Shown: positions 50,609-63,384, counted from the stretch's first letter. The stretch: 64,000 nt of DNA from Octopus sinensis (GCF_006345805.1 NC_043022.1:8122001-8186000), one strand, 5' to 3'. Program-made: numbers and translations. Notes: generated by a model not told the origin, from the letters alone.

Positions 50609-50697
50609 TGCAGTACGATCGTTTCATGCGACTTCATTTAATTGAACAATGCAAATATTACATCAGTTTTAAAATGTAGAGCAATCTTCAGCTGCAT
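50609..50697 (-). ncRNA. Hammerhead motif with long stem-II insert
   Basis: atgcag-CTGAAGA-ttgc...gcat-GAAA-cgatcg-TA-ctgcat; 6-bp stem I, palindrome acgatcgt, GUA site. Confidence 0.75.
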
Positions 50698-50829
50698 AAA
50701 AATATAGAATTTAGTTAAATTCAAAGGATTCATTTCTAATATATACTGCTCTACATCTTAGTGTGTGCTTCTTTCAGATTTATGTGTTTTGCAAACAGTA
50801 TACACACACACACGCACACACACATACAA

Positions 50830-50985
50830 TGGTCTTCTGCAAAGTTTCCATCAATGAAATTCACTGACAAGGTATTGGTCAGCCCAGGGCTATAGTAGAA
50901 GACACTTGCGCAAGGTGTCATGCAGTGGGACTGAAACCAAAACCACGTGGTAACAAAGCAAGCTTCTTAACCTCACAGCCATTCC
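50830..50985 (-). mobile_element. Family A SINE 5' half
   Basis: 'gggctatagtagaagacacttgc...cagtgggactgaaac'. Confidence 0.7.
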
Positions 50986-51106
50986 TGTTCCTGATAAGCA
51001 AAAAAGGATTGGATGGTCATGGCTGGACCATTTTCCATCAGACATGTCTGCTCAGATCAAGACATGTCTCAACTGGGGATAAACAAAATAACAACAACAA
51101 TCAAAA

Positions 51107-51164
<58 letters not shown>

Positions 51165-51383
51165 GTATAAATATATTCTCTGTATGTTCTCAATCACACT
51201 TTGAGAAAGAAATCTTGTTTACATTGAAGTAATATCATCAGAACAGACGGACTGTGTCTGTAGATCAATACTAAGTCCTTTCTGTTCAAATCCTGACATT
51301 TAGAGGTCACTATCCTCATATATCAAACACTTAAAACAGTTTTTTTTTTTAAAAGACAAACCTTTTATATTCATCATCATCAT

Positions 51384-51439
<56 letters not shown>

Positions 51440-51595
51440 CTGTTGTCATTGTCATTTTAATGTCCACTTTTCCGTGCTTACATTGCTTAGTCCACATTAT
51501 TCCGTAAGGAGCATAAGGTTGTTTTCCCAGTTTCTCTGGTGTATACAAATATTCCCTCCTGGATGGGATGCAGGTCTGTCACAGGATCACTCATT

Positions 51596-52240
51596 TTTTA
51601 CCAGCTGAGTGGACTGAAGTAACATGAAATGAAGTGTCTTGCTCAAGAACACAATGCATCACCTGGGCCAGGAATTGAAACCACAACCTTGCTATCATGA
51701 GTCCATCACAGAATTACTTACTTTTATCAGCTGAGTAGAATGGAGTCATGTGAAATGAAATGAAGTGTTTTGCTCAAGAACACAAAGCATCGCCCAGTCT
51801 GTGAATTGAAATCACAATCTTAGGATCATGAGACCAGCAACTTAAATACTCATTTCTACCAACTGAGTGGACTGGTAGCAATGGGCAATGAAGTGTCTTG
51901 CTCAGCAACACAATGTGTAACCTGGTCCAAGAACTGAAACCACGATCTTACAATCTTGAGTCCAACACCCTACATATTCGTTTAGTAGCAGGTTCCTGCA
52001 GAGGTATCTCAATGGCTACTCAGATCTCGTAGATGGAAAAGGCAGGAAGAGAAAGAGAAAATGATCAGTATGGAGCACATTGCTTAGTGGTTAGGGTGTT
52101 GAAGCCATGATCATAAAGTTGTGGTTTCAATTCCTAGACCAGGTGATCTGTTGTGTTCTTGAGCAAAACACTTCATTTCACACTGGTCCAGTCCACTCAG
52201 CTGGTAAAAATGAGTAACCCTGCAGCTGACCAGGGTCCTA
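51596..52240. mobile_element. Three tandem family E heads (-) plus one opposed copy (+)
   Basis: ~125-nt units at ~51596, 51722 and 51853; + copy at ~52068-52240. Confidence 0.75.
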
Positions 52241-52383
52241 TTTTGGAAGGAATGTATACACAAGAGAAATTGGGAAACCAGGTCTATGCTCCTATGTTCA
52301 TACACGCACACACACACACGTGTGTGTGTGTATTTGACAGACAAGAAAGTAAATTTCTTGTTTATAAATTCTTGCATATATAC

Positions 52384-52448
<65 letters not shown>

Positions 52449-52604
52449 TGTATGCATATTTATACACGATGGGCTTGAACTTTTGAAACAGAAACAACAA
52501 CAGAAACAGACCTAACAGTGGAAGAATAGCAGTAGCAGAAATATCAACAACTTATGAATATATATATATATATGTGTGTGTATGTATGTATGTATGTATG
52601 TATG

Positions 52605-52638
<34 letters not shown>

Positions 52639-52680
52639 TGTATGTATGTGTGTGTGTGTGTATATATTTATTTATATAAG

Positions 52681-53001
52681 TGAGGGCGCGTGGCTTTGTG
52701 GTTAGGGCATTCGGCTCATGATCGTAAGGTTGTGAGTTCGATTCCTGGCGACGCGTTGTGTCCTTGAGCAAGACACTTTATTTCACGTTGCTCCAGTCCA
52801 CTCAGCTGGCAAAAATGAGTTGTACTTGTATTTCAAAGGGTCAGTCTTGTCACTCTCTGTGTCACGCTGATTATCCCCGAGAACTACGTTAAGGGTACAC
52901 GTGTCTGTGGAATGCTCAGCCATTTGCACGTTAATTTCACGAGCAAGCTGTTCCGTTGATCGTATCAGCTGGGACCCTTGTCGTCGTAACCGGCGGAGTC
53001 T
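52681..53001 (+). mobile_element. Family E CORE-type SINE, full length, young
   Basis: A box 'tggctttgtggttagg', B box 'gagttcgattcc', CORE-like 'ttgtgtccttgagcaagacacttt', tail type 1; resembles octopus OR2-type CORE-SINEs (recalled, not searched). Confidence 0.85.
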
Positions 53002-53033
53002 TAAAGGAAAGGAATTTATTTATATATAGACAC

Positions 53034-53067
<34 letters not shown>

Positions 53068-53663
53068 TTGTATATATACAAATATATAAGTATGTATGTG
53101 TGTGTGGGTGTATATATATATATGAGAGCAGAATGAAATAGGAGATTTAGTTTAAGCATTTAAGCTTTTTTATTACACCATAATAATCTTTACATGTGTT
53201 TCACTTGTGATTACAATTGTGTTAAGTAAATAATCTTTTCTGGATCCTTTCTAGGGCAGAACAAGCAAGAAATAACTCTAAGATCACCAAAACTATTCAA
53301 ATAAAGCTTGTTTAAAATTACTTCATCCTCACTGTATAAGAAATATATACATATAAAAGCTGTAAATACTTGCACCATTAGCACACACACACACACATAC
53401 ATACACACATACATTTATCCTTTTAAGTAGGGCTAGTATACAAGTAAGGGTACACACTGACTCCATATACACAAATTTTGAACAAATCCTTTACTTATAT
53501 ATTTGAACTAAAATTGATTACTGCAGCTATATTTATCATCATCCTCATCGTCATCATCATCATCATCATCATCCTTATCATCATCATTAAGTCATCGTCG
53601 TCATCACTGCTGCTGCTGTTATTGTCTTTGTTATTGATGTTGTTGCTATTATTATTATTATTA

Positions 53664-54095
53664 TTTCACTTTGACCAGCAGATTTTAAAAATAATTTCTT
53701 TGTAACTAAAAACTTTCAAACTTTGTATACTGGTAGAATGAGTCACATAAAACATCTTTTTCTCTTGGTGTTCTTGAGAAAATTCTGGAGTTTGTAAGCT
53801 ATTTCTTGTTTAATTTCTCCTATTTTGGCAATTTCAACCAATCAACGACACAAGTTATTGTTGAACTTGTTGGCAAACAATAGCAGTAATTGTATTCACC
53901 TCAATAGATGTCATTGATTGGTTGAAATTGCCAAAATAGGAGAAATTAAACAAGAAATAGCTTACAAACTCCTGAATTTTCTCAAGAACGCCAAGAGAAA
54001 AAGATGTTTTATGTGACACATTCTACCAGTATACAAAGTTTGAAAGTCTTTAGTTACAAAGAAATTATTTTAAAAATTTGCTGGTCAAAGTGAAA
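53664..54095. mobile_element. Fold-back MITE with ~186-bp TIRs
   Basis: 53664-53849 is the near-perfect reverse complement of 53910-54095. Confidence 0.85.
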
Positions 54096-54164
54096 AGATC
54101 CTTATTATTATTATTATTATTAGTAGTAGTAGTAGTATTAGTATTAGTATTAGTATTAAGGCAG

Positions 54165-54635
54165 CAAGCTGACAGAATCATTAGCACACCAGACAGAATG
54201 CTTAGTGGTATATTGTCTTTGCCTTCCAACTTTTGGTGGTCAATGAAATAAATACTAGTTGAGCTTTGGGGGTTGATGTAATCGACTAACCCCACCCACA
54301 AAACTTCAGGCCTTGTACTTATAGGAGAAAGGATTATTATAATTATTATTAATCGTAATCATGGCCGATGCCAATGCCACCTGACTGGAACCCATGCCAG
54401 TGGCACGTAAAAGCACCATTCAAGTGTGGTTGATGCCAGTGCCGCCTGACTGGCCCCTGTGCTGGTGGCATGTAAAAAGCACCCACTACATTCTCGGAGT
54501 GGTTGGCATTAGGAAAGGCATCCAGCTGTAGAAACATTGCTAGGTCAGACTGGAGCTTGATGCAACTTCCTGGCTTGCCAGTCCTCAGTCAAACTGTCCA
54601 ACCCATGCCAGCATGGAAAACGGATGTTAAACAAT
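54165..54635 (+). mobile_element. Family D SINE (54165-54335) followed by family C repeat (54358-54635)
   Basis: Family motifs as above. Confidence 0.7.
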
Positions 54636-54849
54636 GATTGTTATTATTATCATTGTCATTTTTCACCATTTGGTAGTTTCAGGCAAATTTCTACTGCATC
54701 ACCTGCTACACTTCAGTGTTTCTGGGATGTGTGCATCATTGCATGTTCTTTTTTATTATGGTGGGGGGGGAGTGCAAACTTTTCCAGTATTGTATTGCAT
54801 CAGTTTCTTTTGTTATGGGGTCTGGTGCAGTCTTTTGTTGTATTAGTGT

Positions 54850-55245
54850 TTGTATTGTGTGTTGCGTATGTAATGCATTAGGTATCTAGCCTGCTGGTGG
54901 TAGTTTATTTCATTGGATATTTGCTGTATAGAGTGTATTTTGTGTTTGTGGATTACTTTGTTTAAGTTGTATTTGATAGTTGTATTTGATATTTGAATTA
55001 ATAGTGCCTTGCGTAGGATGTGGGCTGTTCCTAGCAGGGCTAATTGTTGGATAGTATGTGGTGTTGAAGACCCAGGTATAGCTTCTATGTTTTGTTCATA
55101 TGTTTTTTTATCATGCCCTATGCTCCAATTATTACTGATATTGTTTTCCCTTTCATACCCCACATCTTCAGTACTCCAATTTTGAGGTCTTTGTATTTTG
55201 ACAATTTCTCTACTTCTTTTTGGACAATATTTTGGTCAGAAAGGA
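54850..55245 (-). mobile_element. R4/Dong-type LINE 3' remnant
   Basis: 'HTIQQLALLGTAHILRKALL'. Confidence 0.7.
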
Positions 55246-55289
55246 CTTATTATTATTATTATTATTAATAAAAGAATTAATTATTATTA

Positions 55290-55800
55290 TTGTGAGAAGA
55301 CCAGGCAGGACAAGTGAGACCATAACCCGTGGCCTCCTAATGGGATGTAGCCAGTCCACTTATGCATACCTTTCCTTCTTGGGACACAAAACTCTACTTG
55401 TGAAGACCTGTTGAGGCAAGTGAGAATCGAAATCGAAATCGATCAACATCAATGGAAATTGCAGTTGTGATACCAGTGCCGGTGGCACGTAAGAGAACCA
55501 TCCAAATGTGGCCGTTGCCAGCACCGCCCCGACTGGCCTCGTGCCGGTGGCTCGTAAAAAGCACCATCTGATCGTGGCCGTTTGCCAGCCTCACCTGGCA
55601 CCCATGCCGGTGGCACATAAAAAGCCCCCACTACACTCACAGAGTGGTTGGCGTTAGGAAGGGCATCCAGCTGTAGAAACATTGCCAGATCAGACTGGGC
55701 CTGGTGCAGCCTTCTGGCTTCCCAGACCCCGGTTGAACTGTCCAACCCATGCTAGCATGGAAAGCAGACGCTAAACGATGATGATGATGATGATGATGAT
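55290..55800 (+). mobile_element. Long family C copy including putative LINE ORF end
   Basis: Extra 5' segment 'gtgagaccataacccgtggcc...gaagacctgttgaggcaagtga', also present reversed at ~60010-60095. Confidence 0.8.
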
Positions 55801-55827
55801 TATTATTATTATTATAAGTATCATTAA

Positions 55828-56030
55828 AGCAGTGAGCTGGCAGAACCGTTAGTGCACTGGACAAAATGCTTGGCGGTATTTCGCCTGTTGCTACATTCTC
55901 AGTTCAAAGTCTGCTGAGGTTGACTTTGCCTTTCATCCTTTCAGAGTCGATAAATTAAGTACCAGTGGGGTCGAAATAACTGACTAGTCCCCTCCCCCAG
56001 ATTTCAGGCCTTGTGCCTATAATAGAAAGG
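55828..56030 (+). mobile_element. Family D SINE
   Basis: 'gcagtgagctggcagaaccgttag...ttgactttgcctttcatcctttc'. Confidence 0.8.
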
Positions 56031-56067
56031 ATCATCATCATCATCATCATTATTATTATTATTATTA

Positions 56068-56099
<32 letters not shown>

Positions 56100-56335
56100 G
56101 TAGTAGTAGTAGTAGTAGTAGCAGCAGCAGTAGTAGCAGCAGCAGTAGTAGCAGTAGTGCTGCTGGTGGTGGTAGTGGTGGTAGTTGTAGTAGTAGTAAT
56201 AGTAGTAGTAGTAGTAGGGGTTGTGCATGTATGATCACATAGAGGTAGATATGAACAGAGTAAATATGCATGTGACCTATACTACTCTTATATGCTTAGA
56301 CATATGGAAATATACATACGAAGGTAGGTGTAGGA

Positions 56336-56392
<57 letters not shown>

Positions 56393-57014
56393 TATGGGAA
56401 TGTGTGAGTGTGAGTTCATGTATGTGCATGTGTGCTTTTCTCTAACCATGTTCCTGACCTCCCCGACCACTAATGTTATCTAAACCATTTATCATTGTTA
56501 ACTTAATATTTTCTTTGATCTTTGACAGCTTAGGTAGTTGACCTTCTTTTCTCCCTTAGACTTCCTGACTACAATATTCCTCTTCTTTGTTCATTTCTTT
56601 ATTTCACTAACAAAATAAAAAGAATAGCCTTCATTTTCTTAACTGCAATAAAAAAAAATTGTTGCCTTTGGTTTATATGCAGTTCTATGTAACATTGCCA
56701 ACCAATAGATGTGAATAAATAATTATGAAATGAATTACTATTTTCTTCTGAAGATCTGATGTTTCACATAATAATGTAACTATCTTTGTAATGATTACCA
56801 CACAACATACTAACTAGTATTTACCAGTCAAACACATGTAAAGATTATGTAATTGATGATGTTATAAGAAAACTTCAATTCTTCTGTTTCTTTCCACTTT
56901 CAGATGTATGTACATTCTGTAAATTATTCAACTGTATATGATAAAAGAAAAAATCAAAGGGCAAATCATGTTTAATACTCAACTGGAATTTGAATACATT
57001 ATCTAAACTATTAA

Positions 57015-58300
57015 CATTGGGCGTATTTGTGTCCTCATCTTGTTTGTTGTTACCACAACATTTCAGCTGATTTACTCTCCAGCCTTCATCAGGTGTCCTG
57101 GTGGAATTTTGAATCCAACCCTAGGTTTTCATTCTTAAGCTATTTTTTGCTGATGCACTGTTTCTGCATTTTCAAATTTCATTTTCAAATGGTTGAAAAA
57201 ATGTTCAAAGACTTGGAAGTAGATTTCTCTATTGAAGTAAAGTGCGAGGTGAACTAAATGTTCAAACTATACAGACTGGTATAAATCACTTATATGAGCT
57301 TACGTTTGTAAGATCGCTCTATAAGTGTGTTAACAAGGTGATTTTTAGAGAAGAGAATATGCAAGAGTTCAGAGTTGCAAATGTTACAGAATCCTTTGCC
57401 CTTGTCATAAGGGAAAGAAATGGACAGGATGAACCAATCTAACTTACTAAGTCCTGTGCTATTGCATTTACTGCTATCCCTAAATGAAGAATAATGATTG
57501 GAAATTCTCAAAGATAACTGGAAAGAGGAAGCACCAATATAGAAATAGACATTGGTACCTGAAGTAATTTTACATTGGTATACAGAATTCTTAATCTTAG
57601 AATTATTAGACATAAATTTAATTCTGTCAGGGTTGTCCTCAGAGACCAAAACTATGTTGTTATTATGATTATTATCATTATTATTATTACTATGGTATTA
57701 ACAAAATGAATGTTGGAAGTCTCAGTAAATGAACTTTTATTTAGCAGGCTGGTATTATGAGAAGATATAATTTGTGAAAGATTCTTTGTGTTGGAGAAGG
57801 CAACTCTATACGAGAATTAATAATTGAATAATATCTAGAATTTTTTGGAAAGTTCTTACTAACCACTTCAGTGATTAGATTTAATTTGCCTTCCTTATGG
57901 AATAACAAACCAAATAGTTTTTCCAGTAACAGCCAAATTGTAAGTGGTACTACCTATAAAGAAAAAATGGGCTTAAATAATGGTTGCCTCCCTTACTCTG
58001 TAAAGGAATTTAATATTTTGTGTTGTTGTCAATATTAGAATTAAAATCTCTCTTCTTATTACAACTAGATTTCTTGTCTCGAATAGTAGATGAAGGATGA
58101 GATTGATCAGAATCAATGTAGGTTACTTTCTCTTTATACCCTGCTTTAATATATATAAGAGCATTGTAGTTCACTTGAAGCATCGTAATATTAAAGAATG
58201 TAAAAAAAGAGAAAATAGACAGCTTCTGACAAAGCAGAAAGTATAATAAAAGAAGAAAAGAACAGTCTACATACCTGGACTTTTCTTAGACTGTTCTTTT
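57015..58300 (-). mobile_element. Penelope-like element: thumb/linker, GIY-YIG and HHR-bearing 3' terminus
   Basis: 'NSVYQCKITS...YIGASS...RISNHYSSFR...CNICNSE...LVN' (ORF 57290-57649); 'KNFPKNSRYYSIIN', 'ISSHN'; HHR-like core at 57054-57095. Confidence 0.8.
57054..57095 (-). ncRNA. Decayed minimal hammerhead motif at PLE 3' end
   Basis: cac-CTGATGA-a-ggctg-gagagtaaat-cagct-GAAA-tg-TT-gtg (CpG decay of ccgaaacg inferred). Confidence 0.55.
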
Positions 58301-59564
58301 TTTCAGAAGATGGGCCTTTGCACCCGAAATATAAAAGTTTTATTAAGCTTTCTGCATTGTCAGAAGCTGTTATATTTCTCTGTTTTTACATTCTTCAATA
58401 CATACATACATATTTGTATTATGTGGGTCTTTGTGGGTGTGTGTGGTTGTCCCCCACCACTGCTTGTCTGTCAGTGTTGGTGCCTTACCATCTCCATAAA
58501 CTTAGTGGTTTGGCAACAGAGACTGGCAGAATAAGTACCAGATTTAAAAAAGAAATATTCTTCAAGGCAGTGCCCTCGCATGGCCAGTCTCTTGAGTGAA
58601 ACAAGTAGAAGATAAAAGATATGTGTGTGCGCATGCTTGCATGTATGCATGCTGGTATGTATGCATATCTACTTTATATTATATGGATATAAACATCCAA
58701 GAGAAACATCCAAAAGACTTCCGCATGAAGCTTCCGTCTACTAAATTTATTTCATTCATAAAGTTTTGGTTGTCCTGAGGCTATTAGCAGAAGATTACTG
58801 CCCAGAGTTCTGTATTGAACTATGGAACTGTTAAAGTACACACGACTATTTTTGCTCCTGTACTATTCTGAGTTTAAATGCATCAAGGGTATATATTAAA
58901 TTTTATCTCTTTAGTTGAAGGATAAATTACAATGAATCTAATATCGAATTACTGTTTGATAGTTAGAGTTAGAGTTGTTTAGTCTCAGGTCAGCCCTAAT
59001 CAGGGAGTTCTATCGCCACAAGCATACCACCCACAGAGAGATAGAAAGAGTAAGAGAAAAAAAGGGAGGCAGACAGAAAGTTAATGGGAGATAGGATATC
59101 ACAGCAGAAATGTTTTACAGTAAAAAAGGCAGTAAGCAGGCAGAATCTTTTGCATGATGGACAAAAATACTTGGCAGGATTCCTTCTGGCCTTCTATGTT
59201 CTGTTTTTAAATCCGACTGAAGTCAACTTTGCATTTCATTCCTTTGATTTTAATAAAATAAGTACTAGTTGATCACTCAAACCAACATAATTGTCTGTAG
59301 CAACCCCTCAAAATAGCTGGCTTTCTTCCAAAATCTGAAACCACTAATATATATATTCCACCCACTGCTGGAGTCTTGTGGAGCTTTAGGTGTTTTTGCT
59401 CAATAAACACTCACAATGCCCAGTCGGGGAATCGAAACCATGATCCTATGACTGTGAGTCCACTGCCCTAACCACTGGGCCATTGCACCTCCACACACAC
59501 ACACACACAATATATATACATATACATATATATATATTATATATATATGTATGTATGTATGTAT

Positions 59565-60095
59565 GTCATCATCATCATAATCATGGGTTGGACGATTTGA
59601 CTGAGGACTGGCAAACCAGATGGCTGCACCAGGCTACAATCTTAATCTGGCAGAGTTTCTACAGCTGGATGCCCTTCCTAACGCCAACCACTCCAAGAGT
59701 GTAGTAGGTGCTTTTACGTTATGAGGGCCAGTCAGGCGGTACTGGCAACAGCCACACTCAAATGGTGTTGTCTTACGTGCTACCTGCACAGGAGCCAGTC
59801 CAGTGGCACTGGCAATGACCTCGCGTAAAATGTTTTTCATGTGCTACCAGCACAAGTCCCAGTAAGGCGACACTGGTAATGATCATGCTCGAATGGTGCT
59901 TTTTACATTCCACTGGCATGGAAGCCATTTAGCCGCACTAGCAATGATCATGCTCGGATGGTGCTCTTAGCACTCCACTAGCACGGATGCCAGTCATTGA
60001 ACTCGATTTCGATTTCACTTGCCTCAACAGGTCTTTGCCAGCAGAGTTTAGTGTCCAATGAAGGAAAGGTATGCATAAGTGGGCTGGTTACACCC
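59565..60095 (-). mobile_element. Long family C copy
   Basis: Reverse complement homolog of 55290-55800. Confidence 0.8.
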
Positions 60096-60099
60096 CAGG

Positions 60100-60460
60100 C
60101 AAGGAATTGAAATTTTTACCATTAAGACTATTCTGCAGAGACCTGAATAAGTGGAAATCCGAAGGAGCAATATCTGGTGAATATGGAGGGTGGAGTAACA
60201 CATCGCAGCCGAGCTGCAACAATTTTTGTCTAGTTTCCAAAGCATCAAGTGCCAGACATGAACTTTCTTATCTTCCATTTCAAAGGGTTACAGAATTAAC
60301 CTAAGTTATAGGAACATAAATCTTCTTCCATGAAAAGATAGCTTAAACTGTGCTCTAAAGGGAGGTGTAGTCAAATCCAATTTTATGGACTCAACCATGT
60401 TCTAAAATAAGTCGAGAGGTAAGCTACTATAAATAAGCACTAACTTTCTGGACAACCCAA
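60100..60460 (-). mobile_element. Internally deleted mariner
   Basis: 'HPPYSPDIAPSDFHLFRSLQNSL' on minus; TIR 'ttgggttgtccagaaag' next to TA. Confidence 0.75.
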
Positions 60461-60739
60461 TATATATATATATTTATATTTATATAAAGTGGTTTGTATA
60501 ATTGTGTATAGAGGGATATATATTATTCAAAGAAATTTCAACTCTGTTTTTTATGTTTTAGTTATATTCTTTATAATATTAATATAGAATATAGAATATA
60601 TAGTATATATAATATATATTTAGTAAAATGAAATGATGTATTGGTAAATGAAGTATTGAATAGATGAAATATTGAATATAAAATATTCAGGGACTAGTAT
60701 ACTTTCTTGCATTATAGCAGTCTTCAAGGTCCCAGGTTG

Positions 60740-61197
60740 TGACAGGAGTGTTTCAACTCAGTTATGCCAGATGGCACTCCTCTACGTTTTGCTATTGTTG
60801 TTCATGAATGGCTGAATGCTTACTTCCCTGGGAGGTGGATGGGTCATTGAGGTCTGCATGATTAGTTAACCAGAAGCCCTGATTTAAAACCCTGCGGCTG
60901 TTTTCTTTGGGGTTTGTTTAAAGGAGCAAGTCTACTCTTCCAAACCAGTGACTTTGGAAGAACATGAAGGGCAAATACAAGGAGTTATGTCTTCCATCTC
61001 ACAAGAGTTCTTGAAGACATCAGATAATGTGGTTCCTGGGCAGATTAAGAAGCTGGTGGTGAATGCTGTTGCCTATATTGAGTTTTGAATAAACTCCATG
61101 CTATGCACTTTCTTCACATATTCACCTTTTCAAAAAATTATAGTTAATAAATAAATTATAAGTATTTTAAAATAGGGAATTACTTTCAGTCACCCTG
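60740..61197 (+). mobile_element. rosa/Tc1-type transposon 3' remnant
   Basis: Decayed 'EWLNAYFPGRWMG...RSPDL.PC..FLWG..KEQVY'; terminal 'tcagtcaccctg' followed by TA. Confidence 0.7.
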
Positions 61198-61237
61198 TAT
61201 ATAATAATAATAATGATAATAATAATAATAATAATAA

Positions 61238-62764
61238 TAAATATTTAGGGATAAATGAAGGCTCTGGTATTCAGCATGCAAGCATGAAAGAGAAAATCAG
61301 GAAGGAATGTTATAGGAGAGTTCGTGCAGTCCTGAAATCTGAACTAAATGCACGTAACAAGGTGTTAGCTATAAATTCCCTAGCAGTTCCAGTTGTTACT
61401 TATAGCTACAATGTGTTGAACTGGAATATGAGTGAAGTAAAGAATATAGATAGAAAAATACGCAAGCTGCTGAGTTGTAATAGGATGCACCACCCAAAGG
61501 CAGACGTAGATCGCCTTTACCTTCCCAGAGCCCAAGGAGGTCGAGGCCTGATCCAATTTGAACTAGCTTACAAAACAACCACAATTGGACTGGCCAAATA
61601 TCTCGAAATATCGAATGACTGGATGCTAAAGCTCGTGGAAAATCACGAGAGACGAAAGAAGCTTCATTCTATCATCAAGGAAAGCAAAAACTTTGCTATT
61701 GATATCGTGCAGGATACCCAAACTAAACAACCCGAGGGAAGTACGGCAACTATTGTTGCAAAGAAGGTGAAAATGATGGCAATGAAAAAAGCGCACGAGC
61801 AATTGGCTGATAGGTGGGAGGAGAAACCTCTGCACGGCAAATATGTGACCCGCAGCAAACAAGCTGATGTTGACCAGAAGCAAACCCATCAGTGGCTGCG
61901 GAGCTCAGGGCTAAAAGCAGAGAGCGAAGGTTTCATCCTGGCTGCTCAAGACCAAAGCCTATCAACCCGGAACTACCAGGCCAATGTGATGAAAAATGGA
62001 GCAGACCCAAAATGCCGATTCTGCAACGACATGATTGAAACAGTGGACCACCTAATCTCTGGATGTAAAGTCTTAGCACCAGTGAAGTATAAATTAAGAC
62101 ATGACAGAGTTGGCCAATATCTCCACTGGCTAATAAGTCAGCATTACAATATCAAAACTGCCGACAAGTGGTATAATCACCACCCTGAGGCTGTAACTGA
62201 AGGAGAAAATGTAACCATTCTGTGGGACTTTCCAGTACATACAGACCGTACCATCAAGGCCAATAAACCAGATATTGTTGTGAAAGACCAAAACAATAAA
62301 GTTTGCTTATTGATTGACATGAACATCCCCTGTGATCATAATATCTCAGCGAAAGAGTTTGACAAGCTCAGAAAATATAAAGACCTACTCATTGAAATTG
62401 AGAAAATGTGGCATCTCAAGGCGGTTACAATACCAGTGATCGTAGGAGCACTAGGAATGATCAAGAAGGGAACCGAAAATTATATGAGAATGATCCCTGG
62501 CTTACCATCCCTGCAAGAAGTGCAAAAGATTGTCTTAACTGGTACATCACACGTATTGAGAAGAGCATTGTCGATGTGAGAACTGTTGCTGCTCATGCAT
62601 TTTAATTTAACTTTAAAAAATAAAAAAAAAATAAAAAAAAAACATGAACGAACTACTGAGTTTGGTTTAATGGCCTACCAATATACACTATGAGTTTCTT
62701 TGCCCTAGGAGTCGGGAAGACACTCGGCAAGAAATGGAAGAAAATTTGAAAGAAGAAAAAAAAA

Positions 62765-62765
<1 letters not shown>
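61238..62765 (+). mobile_element. 5'-truncated R4/Dong-clade non-LTR retrotransposon inserted in (TAA)n
   Basis: (AAT)n on both sides; open frame with RT end (KYLG), CCHC knuckle (CRFC..ETVDHLISGC) and PD..D restriction-like endonuclease (KPDIVV..LLID). Confidence 0.92.
61284..62579 (+). CDS. Truncated R4/Dong ORF (RT C-terminus, zinc knuckle, REL endonuclease), 431 aa, uninterrupted
   Basis: ORF track; the frame is open upstream to the insertion boundary, so the ATG is internal. Confidence 0.85.
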   Translation: MKEKIRKECYRRVRAVLKSELNARNKVLAINSLAVPVVTYSYNVLNWNMSEVKNIDRKIRKLLSCNRMHHPKADVDRLYLPRAQGGRGLIQFELAYKTTTIGLAKYLEISNDWMLKLVENHERRKKLHSIIKESKNFAIDIVQDTQTKQPEGSTATIVAKKVKMMAMKKAHEQLADRWEEKPLHGKYVTRSKQADVDQKQTHQWLRSSGLKAESEGFILAAQDQSLSTRNYQANVMKNGADPKCRFCNDMIETVDHLISGCKVLAPVKYKLRHDRVGQYLHWLISQHYNIKTADKWYNHHPEAVTEGENVTILWDFPVHTDRTIKANKPDIVVKDQNNKVCLLIDMNIPCDHNISAKEFDKLRKYKDLLIEIEKMWHLKAVTIPVIVGALGMIKKGTENYMRMIPGLPSLQEVQKIVLTGTSHVLRRALSM

Positions 62766-62801
<36 letters not shown>

Positions 62802-63384
62802 TAATAATAATACACACATACACACACATATACATACATATATATTTACTATACACACACACTCATATTTTGAGTTATTTTTCCTGTTTGCATCACCAAA
62901 CCTCTGCACACACACACATACATACACATGCACACACACGTATATATATATATCTGTGTGCGCGCGTGTGTGTGTGTGTGTAGGAACACACACATTATTT
63001 ATTTAGCAGCTACTTGTGGTAATACTTACTCCACCGTGCATCCTTCAGTTCTTCTTATTGCTTATAACTCAGTGAAAAATGATGACTGCAAGAGGTGTTG
63101 TGTTTTGTTATATATTGTATAGAGACTATTGGGAAAAATAAGGAAAATGTGTAGCAAGCAAAATAACGTTATTTCATTAGCAAGTTGAAGATAAAACTGA
63201 AAACAAATCAATGACTACTTGATTAAAGATGTTCAGAGTTTTATTCTAAGAGAGGAAAAGCTCTCTCTCTCTCTCTCTTTCTCTTTTGCTCTTTCTCATT
63301 GTGTGTGTGTGCACATGTGTATATATATATATATGTGTATGTATATGTATATGTATGTATATATATATATATATTATTTTATTC

